In this document: positions 21,458-30,468 of the stretch, piece after piece
How the letters are laid out: every line of letters starts with the position of its first letter
How positions within the stretch are numbered: position 1 is the first letter of the stretch
Assembly (NCBI GenBank): GCA_031414775.1
Contig: JANOQI010000016.1
Coordinates: forward strand, 283,738-347,737
DNA: 64,000 nucleotides
Direction: 5' to 3'
Source: Synechococcales cyanobacterium VAR_4_metabat_354
GTDB taxonomy: Bacteria; Cyanobacteriota; Cyanobacteriia; Cyanobacteriales; Chamaesiphonaceae
Notes under the pieces: generated by a model
What the model was told of the DNA's origin: nothing
What the model saw: the letters and a program-made list of their open reading frames with translations, nothing else
The model's database searches: none
Made by a program: the position numbers and the translations under genes

Positions 21458-21489
21458 GCCCTCATCGATCGAACACTCAAGCTAAAATA
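21445..21489 (+). repeat. Composite repeat, copy C (core only)
   Basis: gctcgatcgacatgccctcatcgatcgaac...gctaaaata matches the core of A, B and D. Confidence 0.65.
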
Positions 21490-21519
21490 AAAGAGTTAGA
21501 GCGCAGAGAGGTTCAACCC

Positions 21520-21762
21520 ATGCCCGAATCATCAACGCATCCCATACTAGAAACAACAATCTTAGAATATCTTCAGAAACTGCCCGAGACACTTCAGCAT
21601 GAAGTTTTGCACTATACTCAGTTTTTACTCGAAACCCATACAAAAAACACATTGCCACCACAGCCAAAACGACAAGCAGGTTTTCTCAAAGGCACTTTTG
21701 CTTTACCGCTACCTGAAGACTTTAATGAACCACTAGCAGATTTCCAGGAGTATATGGAGTGA
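21520..21762 (+). CDS. DUF2281-like antitoxin
   Basis: LQKLPETLQHEVLHYTQFL...KRQAGFLKG...LPEDFNEPLADFQEYM; overlaps the downstream PIN gene (GTGA). Start ATG 21520. Confidence 0.85.
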   Translation: MPESSTHPILETTILEYLQKLPETLQHEVLHYTQFLLETHTKNTLPPQPKRQAGFLKGTFALPLPEDFNEPLADFQEYME

Positions 21763-22144
21763 CTAGTCTACTTTTGGATACTCATGCTTTTATCTGGTAT
21801 TAAGAAAATGATCCGAAGTTACCTGATCGACTAAAAACAGAAATAGAAACAGCCGATCGAGTTTACATTAGCATCGCTAGTTTGTGGGAAATTGCGATTA
21901 AGCTCAGTATCAAAAAGTTATCACTTTTGTCGAGCTATGAATCGATCGAGGCTAGTTTAGAACCTGCTGGAATTAGCTTGCTACCGATTTCTTTCGCAGA
22001 CACTGTTCACATCATAAATCTACCACTTTATCATCGCGATCCATTTGACAGGATTCTCATAGCCCAAGCGATCGATCGTCTCTCACTGTGGTGAGTGGTG
22101 ATTCCACTTTCAAGGCATATCCAATTCAAGTTCTATGGGAATGA
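21759..22144 (+). pseudogene. PIN/VapC toxin pseudogene
   Basis: GTG start: MTSLLLDTHAFIWY* (TAA 21801-21803). Continues in frame SIASLWEIAIK...HRDPFDRILIAQA, then a frameshift near 22080 to LTVVSGDSTFKAYPIQVLWE*. Confidence 0.88.
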
Positions 22145-22162
22145 GCTGCACTTTACCTTCGA

Positions 22163-22281
22163 GTAGGTAATATCCATAGGTCATGTACGCCATCATCGAG
22201 CATCTTTGTTTATGCTGCTCGATCGATACCTCTGCATAATCGAACTACATTGAAATATTGCTGGTTAATGCTCACCTAATA
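22163..22281 (+). repeat. Composite REP-like repeat, copy D
   Basis: gtaggtaatatccatagg ... gctgctcgatcgatacctctgcataatcgaactacattgaaatattg ... gctcacctaata. Confidence 0.75.
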
Positions 22282-22407
22282 AATCTCCAGAAGCTTGATC
22301 GCATGGCCTCTCCGCCGGAGAATCGCCGGAATTAGTTGGTGGTAGTACTGTATAGCTAGTCGAATTCCATCCCATTGATTAGGTGATATGGCTCTTTTTT
22401 AGTTATT

Positions 22408-22450
22408 AAAAAAAAGGCTCAACCCTAATAAATAAGTTGAGCTTTGTTTT
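22408..22450 (-). terminator. Probable intrinsic terminator of desB
   Basis: gctcaac...gttgagc stem flanked by an A-run (U-tract on the minus strand). Confidence 0.55.
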
Positions 22451-22478
22451 AAATTGATTGATCGTTACTTTAAATCTT

Positions 22479-23579
22479 TTAATTCAAAGTATTTTTGGAT
22501 TGGTAGTAAAGTTTACTACCGGTATCCGGCACAAAATGGCAGTTATTAACACCGTTCCAAAATGCCGTCCAGACCGATACCTGAGAGTGGCGATAATGCT
22601 CACCCAACACCGGCTTAATCGCCTCAGTCGCTTCTTTGAGGTGATAATGCGGAATTGTCAAGAAAATGTGATGCAAAACGTGGGTGCCAATATCATGATG
22701 GATATTGTTGATGAAACCATAGTCATAATCCACAGTAGAGATCGCGCCTTTTAGAAAGTACCAATCGTCACCGCGATACCAAGGTGTTTCGTTATCGGTG
22801 TGGTGCAAGAAAGTTACTAAGTCCAGCCACATCACAAAAATGACGTAGGGCACTAAGTAGAACTTCACTAGCCACAAGAAACCCCAAGTGAATGTTCCAG
22901 CAGCCAAAATTCCAACCATTCCCAACCACCACACGGTGCTGGCAATAATATCTTTGTGCTCAGAAGCGCGAAACAACGGACTATCGGGATGAAAATGCGA
23001 ACCAGACTCTCGATCGGGTGAGCGCCGGAATAGATAAAGCGGATAAACAAACAGCAGTGCCAAGTCAAAACGCAGCATTTTCTCCCACCAGGCCATTTTT
23101 CGGTAGGTGCTTTCCTTAATCGGATACCAACTCTCGTCTTTATCTAAGTTGCCAGTGTTTTTATGGTGAGTGCGGTGGCTAATGCGCCAACCGTGAAAAG
23201 GTACCAAAATAAAACTATGGGAAATGTGACCAATCAAATTATTCAGCCATTTGCTTTTGGAGAAAGAACCATGACCACAGTCATGACCAATCACAAACAA
23301 AGCCCAGAACATCGTGCCCTGAGCTAACCAAAATAGTGGATAAAACAGCCAAGAATCTAATTGAGCGGCTAGGGCATATAGCCCAGCTACGATCGCTACA
23401 TCTCGCAAAAAATAACTGATCGATCGAGTAGCAGAAGGAGTAAAGCAATGCGCGGGAATTGCTTGACGGACATCTTGAATAGTGAAGGGGAGCATTTCCC
23501 GTTGCAATAAAGATGCACTAGAAAGTTCAGGGGTGAGGACTTTAGGCGGCACTGAGTTTTCGTAAAGATTAATGAACAT
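22479..23579 (-). CDS. desB: Omega-3 (delta-15) fatty acid desaturase
   Basis: His boxes HDCGH, HRTHH, HVLHH; QGTMFWALFV, GWRISH, IPHYHL. Likely start ATG 23579. Confidence 0.92.
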   Translation of the reverse strand: MFINLYENSVPPKVLTPELSSASLLQREMLPFTIQDVRQAIPAHCFTPSATRSISYFLRDVAIVAGLYALAAQLDSWLFYPLFWLAQGTMFWALFVIGHDCGHGSFSKSKWLNNLIGHISHSFILVPFHGWRISHRTHHKNTGNLDKDESWYPIKESTYRKMAWWEKMLRFDLALLFVYPLYLFRRSPDRESGSHFHPDSPLFRASEHKDIIASTVWWLGMVGILAAGTFTWGFLWLVKFYLVPYVIFVMWLDLVTFLHHTDNETPWYRGDDWYFLKGAISTVDYDYGFINNIHHDIGTHVLHHIFLTIPHYHLKEATEAIKPVLGEHYRHSQVSVWTAFWNGVNNCHFVPDTGSKLYYQSKNTLN

Positions 23580-23681
23580 TATTATAGGGGCATTATGAAA
23601 CACCAATAAAGCTTTTGGCAATGTTGAACCCCCGGTATTTTTCAGGATATGCTGTGGTTGCGCTGTGTAGAGAATTTTAGA

Positions 23682-24719
23682 ATGAAGTTATTGTTAGCCG
23701 GAGATATTGGCGGTACCAATACTCGTTTACGCCTTGCTCCCATCGATAATTGGCGTGCTCACGATCGGGAAGAAACCTATCCCAGCCAGGAATATAAAGA
23801 TTTAGCACCGATTGTGCAGAAATTTTTAGCAGCGGCTCCCGTAACCGGCGAAGTGGTCAGTGCTTGCTTTGCCGTGGCTGGGCCGATCGAAGGACGCACT
23901 GCCCATTTAACCAATTTGGGTTGGCATTTAGATATCGATCGATTAATCTCCACTCTCGGCATTGCTAATATTCATTTGATTAATGATTTTGCGGCGATCG
24001 GTTATGGCATCGAGCATTTGCAACCAGATGAAATTCATACTCTGCAAGCTGGTCAACCGATCAACTCTGCTCCACGCGGCTTAATTGGGGCAGGGACTGG
24101 CCTGGGTCAAGGTTATTTGATTCCAGAGGCGGGAACTTATCGAGTATTGGCCAGCGAAGGCGGCCATGGTGATTTTGCGGCGCGTTCTGAGCAAGAATTT
24201 CGACTAATCGAATATTTGATGCAGCGCGATGGCTTGGATCATGTCTCTTGCGATCGATTGATTTCCGGTACTGGCATTGTCACCATTTACCAATTCCTGC
24301 ACAATCAACAGCCTTCTGGCACCGAACTACCAGCAATTGCGGAAGCAGTTAATCAATGGGCAAAAACAGCTGCAATTGATCGACCAAGCTTAATTGATCC
24401 AGCGATGTTAATTGCCCAAGCTGCCCAAATTGCAGCTCATCCGCTTTCGATCGATACCATGCAATTGTTTCTGCGTATTTACGGCGCTGAAGCAGGTAAC
24501 TTAGCTCTCAAGTTTCTACCACAAGGCGGTTTGTATATTGCTGGGGGCATTGCCGCCAAGAATTTATCTTTGATGAATAATGGCACTTTTATGGCGGCCT
24601 TTTTACAGAAAGGGCGAATGCAAGAGCTACTGACCCAAATTCCAGTCCGGCTGATCTTAAACACTCAGGTGGGATTGATCGGAGCTGCGGCTCAAGCTCT
24701 GGCGGCGCTGTCCCATTAA
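23682..24719 (+). CDS. glk: Glucokinase
   Basis: LAGDIGGTNTRL, LINDF, GAGTGLG, SEGGH, GGLYIAGGIA. Confidence 0.95.
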   Translation: MKLLLAGDIGGTNTRLRLAPIDNWRAHDREETYPSQEYKDLAPIVQKFLAAAPVTGEVVSACFAVAGPIEGRTAHLTNLGWHLDIDRLISTLGIANIHLINDFAAIGYGIEHLQPDEIHTLQAGQPINSAPRGLIGAGTGLGQGYLIPEAGTYRVLASEGGHGDFAARSEQEFRLIEYLMQRDGLDHVSCDRLISGTGIVTIYQFLHNQQPSGTELPAIAEAVNQWAKTAAIDRPSLIDPAMLIAQAAQIAAHPLSIDTMQLFLRIYGAEAGNLALKFLPQGGLYIAGGIAAKNLSLMNNGTFMAAFLQKGRMQELLTQIPVRLILNTQVGLIGAAAQALAALSH

Positions 24720-24777
24720 CGAATGTTGGTAAAGCGCAACCAAAACCAACATCTCGGCTCAACCTAGACTTTAAGAT

Positions 24778-25632
24778 TTAGGCGGGCTTCTTTACCTGCG
24801 CAAAATACCCAGCCAGGATCGCCAAAGCGATAATACCTAGTAAGCCAGCATGGGGCGCACCATAAATACCGGTAATCCAGTCAGAAACCTTACCAGTGTA
24901 TTTAACAAGCTGACCCACGTTTACTAAATAAATAGCGCCAGTCATGCCAGCATGGAGTCCGATCGATATCCCCAATAGATTTTTTTGGCTGCGCTTAGCT
25001 AAGACCAGCACTGCTCCCAAGATCGCCAACCCTGGAAACTGAGGCAAACTGCCCCACATAGCAGCCAACGGCTTCATAAAATGTAGAGCAGCAAAAATCA
25101 AACTATTAGCAGTCAGAGACGTGGTTAAAGAATAATCGGCTTCCAATTCAGATAATAACCAGCCCCGAAAAAATAATTCTTCGGCCAACGCCACCCCGAT
25201 CGAACTCAGTAAACCCCCACCAATTAGCTCTGGCCAGGAAATAGCAACCGGTTGCCATACCAGCCAGCCCAGCGCCCCTTGCAGCGCAAATATGGCCAGA
25301 GTCGAAATCAATCCATTCAGCCAGCCACCCAAGAACCCCAGCCAATTCCGGCGGCTAGAGACCAGACCGATCGATCTAAAAGCATGAGGCTGGTCATAAA
25401 CCCGGCGCTTCCACCAAGGCAAGAACAGAATAAAAAGAACAGCTAGACCGCCCATCACCCAAATATTGAGTAGGTTGACGACCCCCGGATCACTCATGTC
25501 GCGAGTCAAGCTAAAAAAGGTGTAGATTGACCCAGCCCAAGGTGCCCACAGCACAACTAAAGACACCAAAAAAATCAGAATTCTGATGGGCGCTACATAC
25601 TGAGCAATAGTTTTAGGATTAAAAGTAGACAA
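24778..25632 (-). CDS. CPBP (CAAX/Abi) family intramembrane protease
   Basis: EELFFRG, FAALH, IGLHAG motifs with multiple hydrophobic helices. Confidence 0.9.
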   Translation of the reverse strand: MSTFNPKTIAQYVAPIRILIFLVSLVVLWAPWAGSIYTFFSLTRDMSDPGVVNLLNIWVMGGLAVLFILFLPWWKRRVYDQPHAFRSIGLVSSRRNWLGFLGGWLNGLISTLAIFALQGALGWLVWQPVAISWPELIGGGLLSSIGVALAEELFFRGWLLSELEADYSLTTSLTANSLIFAALHFMKPLAAMWGSLPQFPGLAILGAVLVLAKRSQKNLLGISIGLHAGMTGAIYLVNVGQLVKYTGKVSDWITGIYGAPHAGLLGIIALAILAGYFAQVKKPA

Positions 25633-25643
25633 AACTAAGCAGC

Positions 25644-25925
25644 CTAACTTTCAGGTTCGATTGAACTAATTAACCCATGATTTTGAAGAGTTTCACTATA
25701 AAACTCGGCATGTTCCAGCTCACAGGTAATTACTAAAGCCATCCCATTATTATGGGCTTCCATCATGATGCTGACAGCATGAGGCTCAGTCATACGGGGA
25801 ATGGTGGTCATCAAGACCTGCACCACATATTCCATGCCATTAGAATCGTCATTGTGTAGCAAGACACGGTACTTGGGAGCAAGTTGACGAGATGTTGAAC
25901 GCTTTTCGATGGTTTCAACAGACAC
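25644..25925 (-). CDS. clpS: ATP-dependent Clp protease adaptor
   Basis: YRVLLHNDD, MEYVV, MMEAH..G.A.V, EHAEFY. Confidence 0.93.
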   Translation of the reverse strand: MSVETIEKRSTSRQLAPKYRVLLHNDDSNGMEYVVQVLMTTIPRMTEPHAVSIMMEAHNNGMALVITCELEHAEFYSETLQNHGLISSIEPES

Positions 25926-26355
25926 GCTTTCACTCTCTACAAAAAATTAATTTGGGCAAAACTGTTGACTAATATAGCACTCCCCACCGAATTTTGCCAA
26001 AGCCGCCAGGTCATCCAAAAACATGTGCTGAGAATGTATCGGTTGATTCATTCAATGGGGTATGATGTCTAGAAGACAGCATCAACACAAGGATTAACTG
26101 AAAAAAGCAGCTGAATAAATTCAGTTTTTACTTTGAATTCTTACTGGCGTAGATTAGGAATAGTCGCTGCGCCAAGAATTTGGAGCTTGGTCAAGTCTGC
26201 ATAGTTGCAAATTGTTAGAGATCTTTGCTCTCCCCTAACTCGCAGCCATACTCTCTTGGTCGGACAGTCCCCAATCTGGTGTTGGTGAGTTATTGCGCAA
26301 AAACTTAAAATAGCAAGCCAATGGGCTAATTTCGTTGGGAGATAAATTGAATTAC

Positions 26356-28620
26356 ATGGACTTTTCGATCGCCACACTGCTGTCGCATTTTTCTGACGAC
26401 AAACTCGTTGCTCCCAAGGTTTTAGAAAAAAAGCTGGGTTGCGAAGACGAAAACAGCCTTGAACAGCTGGGCATTGTGCTAAATGTGCTAGACAAGGTTG
26501 GAGTCCTCGCTAAAGATAAGGGCAAGTTTCGGAAGTTAGTAGAAGAAGACGTCGTGGAAGCCAAGCTGCGCTGTTCCAGTAAGGGTTTCTGTTTTGCGAT
26601 TCAGGATGATGAAGGGTCGGAAGATATCTACATTCGGGAAAGCCATCTCAGTAACGCTTGGAACGGCGATCGAGTGTTGATCAAAGTCATGAAAGAAGGG
26701 ACGCGGCGGCGTAGTCCAGAAGGCATTGTCAAGCTAGTTTTGGAGCGAGCCAACCCATCGGTATTGGCGCGAATCAAACATAATGAGAGTGGTAGTTACA
26801 GCGCCATCCCTCTGGATGATCGGCTGCTGTGTGAGCTAGAAATCTTATCAGAGGGTCACGACCTCAGTAATATTTCTGACAACTTAGTGCAGGTAGAAGT
26901 CCTGCGCTACCAAATCGGTCAAGAGCCATCCGCCGGTAGAGTGGCTAGAATTTTAGGCACCAGTGCTGAATCGGCTTCAGATGTAGACATTGTTTGCTGT
27001 AAGCACGACTTGCGATCAGAGTTTCCACCCAATGTGGTGTTATCTGGTATTGATTTGCCTATGAAAGTCAGTACTAAGGCGGCTAAAGGCCGGGAAGATT
27101 TGACGGGTTTGCTCACCTTTGCTCTGGGTGAAGCTGAGCAATTTTGGGAAAACGCCTTTAGCTTAGAGACCAATGCCGATGGCACTTGGCAGGTGAGCGT
27201 ACACATTACCGATGTGGCTAGTTATATTGCCGCCGATGACCGGCTCGATCGAGAGGCGCGCAAACGGGGCACCGCAGTATATGTGGGCGATTTAGTCATC
27301 CCGCTGCTCCCAGCTTCAGTACATCAGGCTTGTGGCTTTAACACCAGCGCGCAACGCCTAGCGATTTCAGTCATGCTGACAATTGATGCGGCCGGGGTCG
27401 TTACCGAATTTGCGATTCGCCCCAGCTTAGTAAAAGTAGACCACGCCTTGAACTACGAGCAAGTAGACGAAATTTTGGTTGGTAAACCCAAACCATTGAC
27501 CAAGGTAGTTGCGACTAAATTCAAAGAATTATTGACAGTGGTAGCACCATTGCTCCGCAGCCAGCGGCAGCAGCGAGGCGGATTAGAAGTAGACATGTTA
27601 CCAGCTCAATCTCGCTTTGCCGATGAAGGAAGGTTAGGGGCAGTATTCATTGATGAGTCTAGGTCACTAGTAGCCGAGTTAGCCATAGCGGCCAATCAAG
27701 CGATCGCCAGTCACCTGCAAGCCTTAGCGGTACCAGGCATTTATAGCATTCAGTATCATCCAGAGCTGGTAGAAATTAATGACCTGATTAAGCTTTCCCA
27801 AAATCTGGGACTCAGCGACGAAGCCGAAAGTGAAGCCAGTGCCAGCGACTTGCAGCGGATTTCTCAAACCTTTGGCAACTCACCGGTGCCCAAAGTTCTC
27901 AACTATATTTTCAAATCGATGCTGAAAACGGCGCTGTACAGTGCCCAGCCCGGTAATCATTTTGGGCTAGGATTGAGCACTGGTTATGTTCATGCCGTAT
28001 CACCCCTGAGCCGCTATGCCGATCTATTGAACCAGCGGGTGCTCAACGAGGTCTTTACTAATGGACGCGATCGAAGATCTACTCGCACCAAAGAAGCCGT
28101 TGATCTGCAACATAGCAGCTGTCATGGCCAAATCAATTGGAATGTATTGTTACCAACGGTGCAGCAAGAGTTAGCCGCTCAGATTTCCGGTGCTATTTCT
28201 CATCTGAACGATCGCGAGAAAATTGCTCAAGATGCCGAAAACGACTTACAGGGCTTACAAAAAGCCTCACAGATGCAGTCCCGTACTGGTCAAATCTTCC
28301 AGGGCTTAATCACTGGAGTTCAGTCCTACGGTTTCTTTGTGGAAATCGAAGACTTCTTGGTGGAGGGCTTGGTGCATGTTAGCTCTCTCAAAGATGACTG
28401 GTATGAGTTTCGTCCCCGTTATGCCTGCCTAGTAGGACGCAAAAACCGGATAACCTACCGACTCGGTGATCGAGTAGAAGTCGAAGTGAAAAGCGTCGAT
28501 TACTATCGACAGCAGATCGATTTAGCCACAGTGCCGCGTATTGTCTCCACGGAAGAACCTGCCGAAGAGGATCCCACCGAAATGGCTGCGGCAGAATTTG
28601 ACGAATTTGAAGCACTTTAG
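26356..28620 (+). CDS. RNase R/II family protein (cyanobacterial Zam-like)
   Basis: CSD KGFCFA...IYI, VHITDV, HFGL, SPLSRYADL, C-terminal S1 domain YGFFV...EGLVHVSSL. Start ATG 26356. Confidence 0.88.
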   Translation: MDFSIATLLSHFSDDKLVAPKVLEKKLGCEDENSLEQLGIVLNVLDKVGVLAKDKGKFRKLVEEDVVEAKLRCSSKGFCFAIQDDEGSEDIYIRESHLSNAWNGDRVLIKVMKEGTRRRSPEGIVKLVLERANPSVLARIKHNESGSYSAIPLDDRLLCELEILSEGHDLSNISDNLVQVEVLRYQIGQEPSAGRVARILGTSAESASDVDIVCCKHDLRSEFPPNVVLSGIDLPMKVSTKAAKGREDLTGLLTFALGEAEQFWENAFSLETNADGTWQVSVHITDVASYIAADDRLDREARKRGTAVYVGDLVIPLLPASVHQACGFNTSAQRLAISVMLTIDAAGVVTEFAIRPSLVKVDHALNYEQVDEILVGKPKPLTKVVATKFKELLTVVAPLLRSQRQQRGGLEVDMLPAQSRFADEGRLGAVFIDESRSLVAELAIAANQAIASHLQALAVPGIYSIQYHPELVEINDLIKLSQNLGLSDEAESEASASDLQRISQTFGNSPVPKVLNYIFKSMLKTALYSAQPGNHFGLGLSTGYVHAVSPLSRYADLLNQRVLNEVFTNGRDRRSTRTKEAVDLQHSSCHGQINWNVLLPTVQQELAAQISGAISHLNDREKIAQDAENDLQGLQKASQMQSRTGQIFQGLITGVQSYGFFVEIEDFLVEGLVHVSSLKDDWYEFRPRYACLVGRKNRITYRLGDRVEVEVKSVDYYRQQIDLATVPRIVSTEEPAEEDPTEMAAAEFDEFEAL

Positions 28621-28635
28621 ACCCCACTTCAACCT

Positions 28636-30024
28636 ATGCCGATGTCAATTGATCGTATTATTAAAACTGGTGCTGTCGGTGACGAAATCACTGTGCAGGG
28701 CTGGATTCGCAGTAAGCGCGAATCGAAGGGTTTTGCCTTTGTCGATGTCAATGATGGCTCCTGTATGGCCAATATCCAGGTAGTGATTGCTCAAGACTTG
28801 GCCGACTATGCCGACAAAATCAAACGGATTAACACTGGTGCATCGGTAGCTATTAGTGGTCAGTTAGTGGAATCACCAGCTAAAGGTCAACGGGTAGAAC
28901 TCCAGGCTGATACCTTAGAAATTTTTGGGGAGTCTGACCCAGAAAGCTATCCCCTCCAGAAAAAACGCCATTCCTTTGAGTTTCTGCGCGAAATCGGCCA
29001 TCTGCGCGGTCGCACAAATACTTTGGGAGCGGTATTTCGGGTACGCAACGCCTGTGCAGCGGCTGTGCACCAGTTTTTCCAGGAAAAAGATTTTTTGTGG
29101 GTGCATACCCCGATCATCAGTGCCAGCGACTGTGAGGGGGCGGGGGAGATGTTTAACGTCACCACTCTCAACCCCGACAAATTGCCCAGGACAGCTGATG
29201 GCAAAGTAGACTACAGCCAGGACTTCTTTGGACGGCAAGCTTATCTGAGTGTTAGTGGCCAGCTGGAAGCGGAAGTGATGGCCATGGCTTTTAGCAATGT
29301 CTATACCTTCGGACCAACGTTTCGCGCCGAAAACTCTAATACCTCCCGCCACCTGGCCGAGTTTTGGATGATTGAGCCGGAGATGGCTTTTTGTAACTTG
29401 CAAGGGGATATGGATTTAGCTGAAGAATTCCTAAAATATATCTTTAAGTACGTGCTGGATCGATGTTTACCAGATATGGAATTCTTTCAGCAGCGGATTG
29501 ATGATTCGGTACTAGCTACTGCCGAGAATATTATTCATAATCAGTTTACGCGGCTAACTTACACCGAAGCCATTAGCATTTTAGAAAAATCTGGTCAGCA
29601 GTTTGAGTATCCGGTGAGCTGGGGTCTGGACTTGCAATCAGAGCATGAGCGTTATCTAGCCGAAGAAGTCTTTAAGAAGCCAGTTATTTTGACTGATTAC
29701 CCCGTCGAAATTAAAGCTTTTTATATGCGTCTTAATGATGATGGCAAAACCGTAGCAGCGATGGATATCCTGGCACCGAAGATTGGTGAAATCATTGGTG
29801 GTTCTCAGCGGGAAGAACGATTAGACGTGTTGGAACAGCGAATTACGGCGCAGGGTTTGGATGTGCAAGACTACTGGTGGTACTTGGATTTGCGCCGCTA
29901 TGGCACCGTTCCCCATGCTGGTTTTGGTTTGGGTTTTGAACGGCTGGTACAGTTTATGACTGGAATGGCTAATATTCGGGATGTAATTCCTTTCCCTCGT
30001 GCCCCAATGACCGTAGAATTTTAG
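28636..30024 (+). CDS. asnS: Asparagine--tRNA ligase
   Basis: OB fold, [39 protein letters not shown]. Confidence 0.97.
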   Translation: MPMSIDRIIKTGAVGDEITVQGWIRSKRESKGFAFVDVNDGSCMANIQVVIAQDLADYADKIKRINTGASVAISGQLVESPAKGQRVELQADTLEIFGESDPESYPLQKKRHSFEFLREIGHLRGRTNTLGAVFRVRNACAAAVHQFFQEKDFLWVHTPIISASDCEGAGEMFNVTTLNPDKLPRTADGKVDYSQDFFGRQAYLSVSGQLEAEVMAMAFSNVYTFGPTFRAENSNTSRHLAEFWMIEPEMAFCNLQGDMDLAEEFLKYIFKYVLDRCLPDMEFFQQRIDDSVLATAENIIHNQFTRLTYTEAISILEKSGQQFEYPVSWGLDLQSEHERYLAEEVFKKPVILTDYPVEIKAFYMRLNDDGKTVAAMDILAPKIGEIIGGSQREERLDVLEQRITAQGLDVQDYWWYLDLRRYGTVPHAGFGLGFERLVQFMTGMANIRDVIPFPRAPMTVEF

Positions 30025-30051
30025 AATCTGCCCTAGTATTTTGTTATTGTT

Positions 30052-30441
30052 ATGACTGCCCAATATCCTGAAAACCTCCGTTACACCGATACTCATGAGT
30101 ATGTCCAGCTAGATGATCAGGTGGCTACTGTTGGTATTACAGCTTTTGCGATCGATCAATTGGGTGATATTGTTTTTCTGGAATTGCCCGCCGTTGGTAC
30201 GAAGGTTCAGCAAGGAGAACGCTTTGGTGCTGTCGAATCGGTGAAAGCAGTGGAAGATCTAAAGTCTCCCCTGAGTGGGACAGTACTGGAATGTAACCAG
30301 GCAATGGTTGATGTTCCAGAAGATTTGGTGAACGATCCTTACAGCGCTGGTTGGTTGGTGAAACTTCAGGTGACTAACCCTAGTGAATTAGATAGTGCCA
30401 TGACAGCGGCGGATTATCGATCGAAAGTAGAAGGCCATTAG
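30052..30441 (+). CDS. gcvH: Glycine cleavage system H protein
   Basis: HEYV, VGIT.FA..QLGDIVFLELP, lipoyl motif VESVKA, DPY..GW. Confidence 0.97.
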   Translation: MTAQYPENLRYTDTHEYVQLDDQVATVGITAFAIDQLGDIVFLELPAVGTKVQQGERFGAVESVKAVEDLKSPLSGTVLECNQAMVDVPEDLVNDPYSAGWLVKLQVTNPSELDSAMTAADYRSKVEGH

Positions 30442-30468
30442 GCTTGGCCAAAGCACGTGTCGCGCTCT

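Noticed and set aside
21442..21519. N-terminal extension of the antitoxin in the ORF track
   Set aside because: The TTG start lies in repeat copy C; ATG 21520 gives a typical antitoxin size.
20038..22281. CRISPR array or classical integron attC array
   Set aside because: The repeats are degenerate and separated by 400-950 bp of gene-containing DNA. I found no convincing RYYYAAC/GTTRRRY boxes and no cas or intI gene in the window.
26141..26377. 78-aa minus-strand ORF
   Set aside because: No recognisable features and overlaps the rnr-like start; probably spurious.
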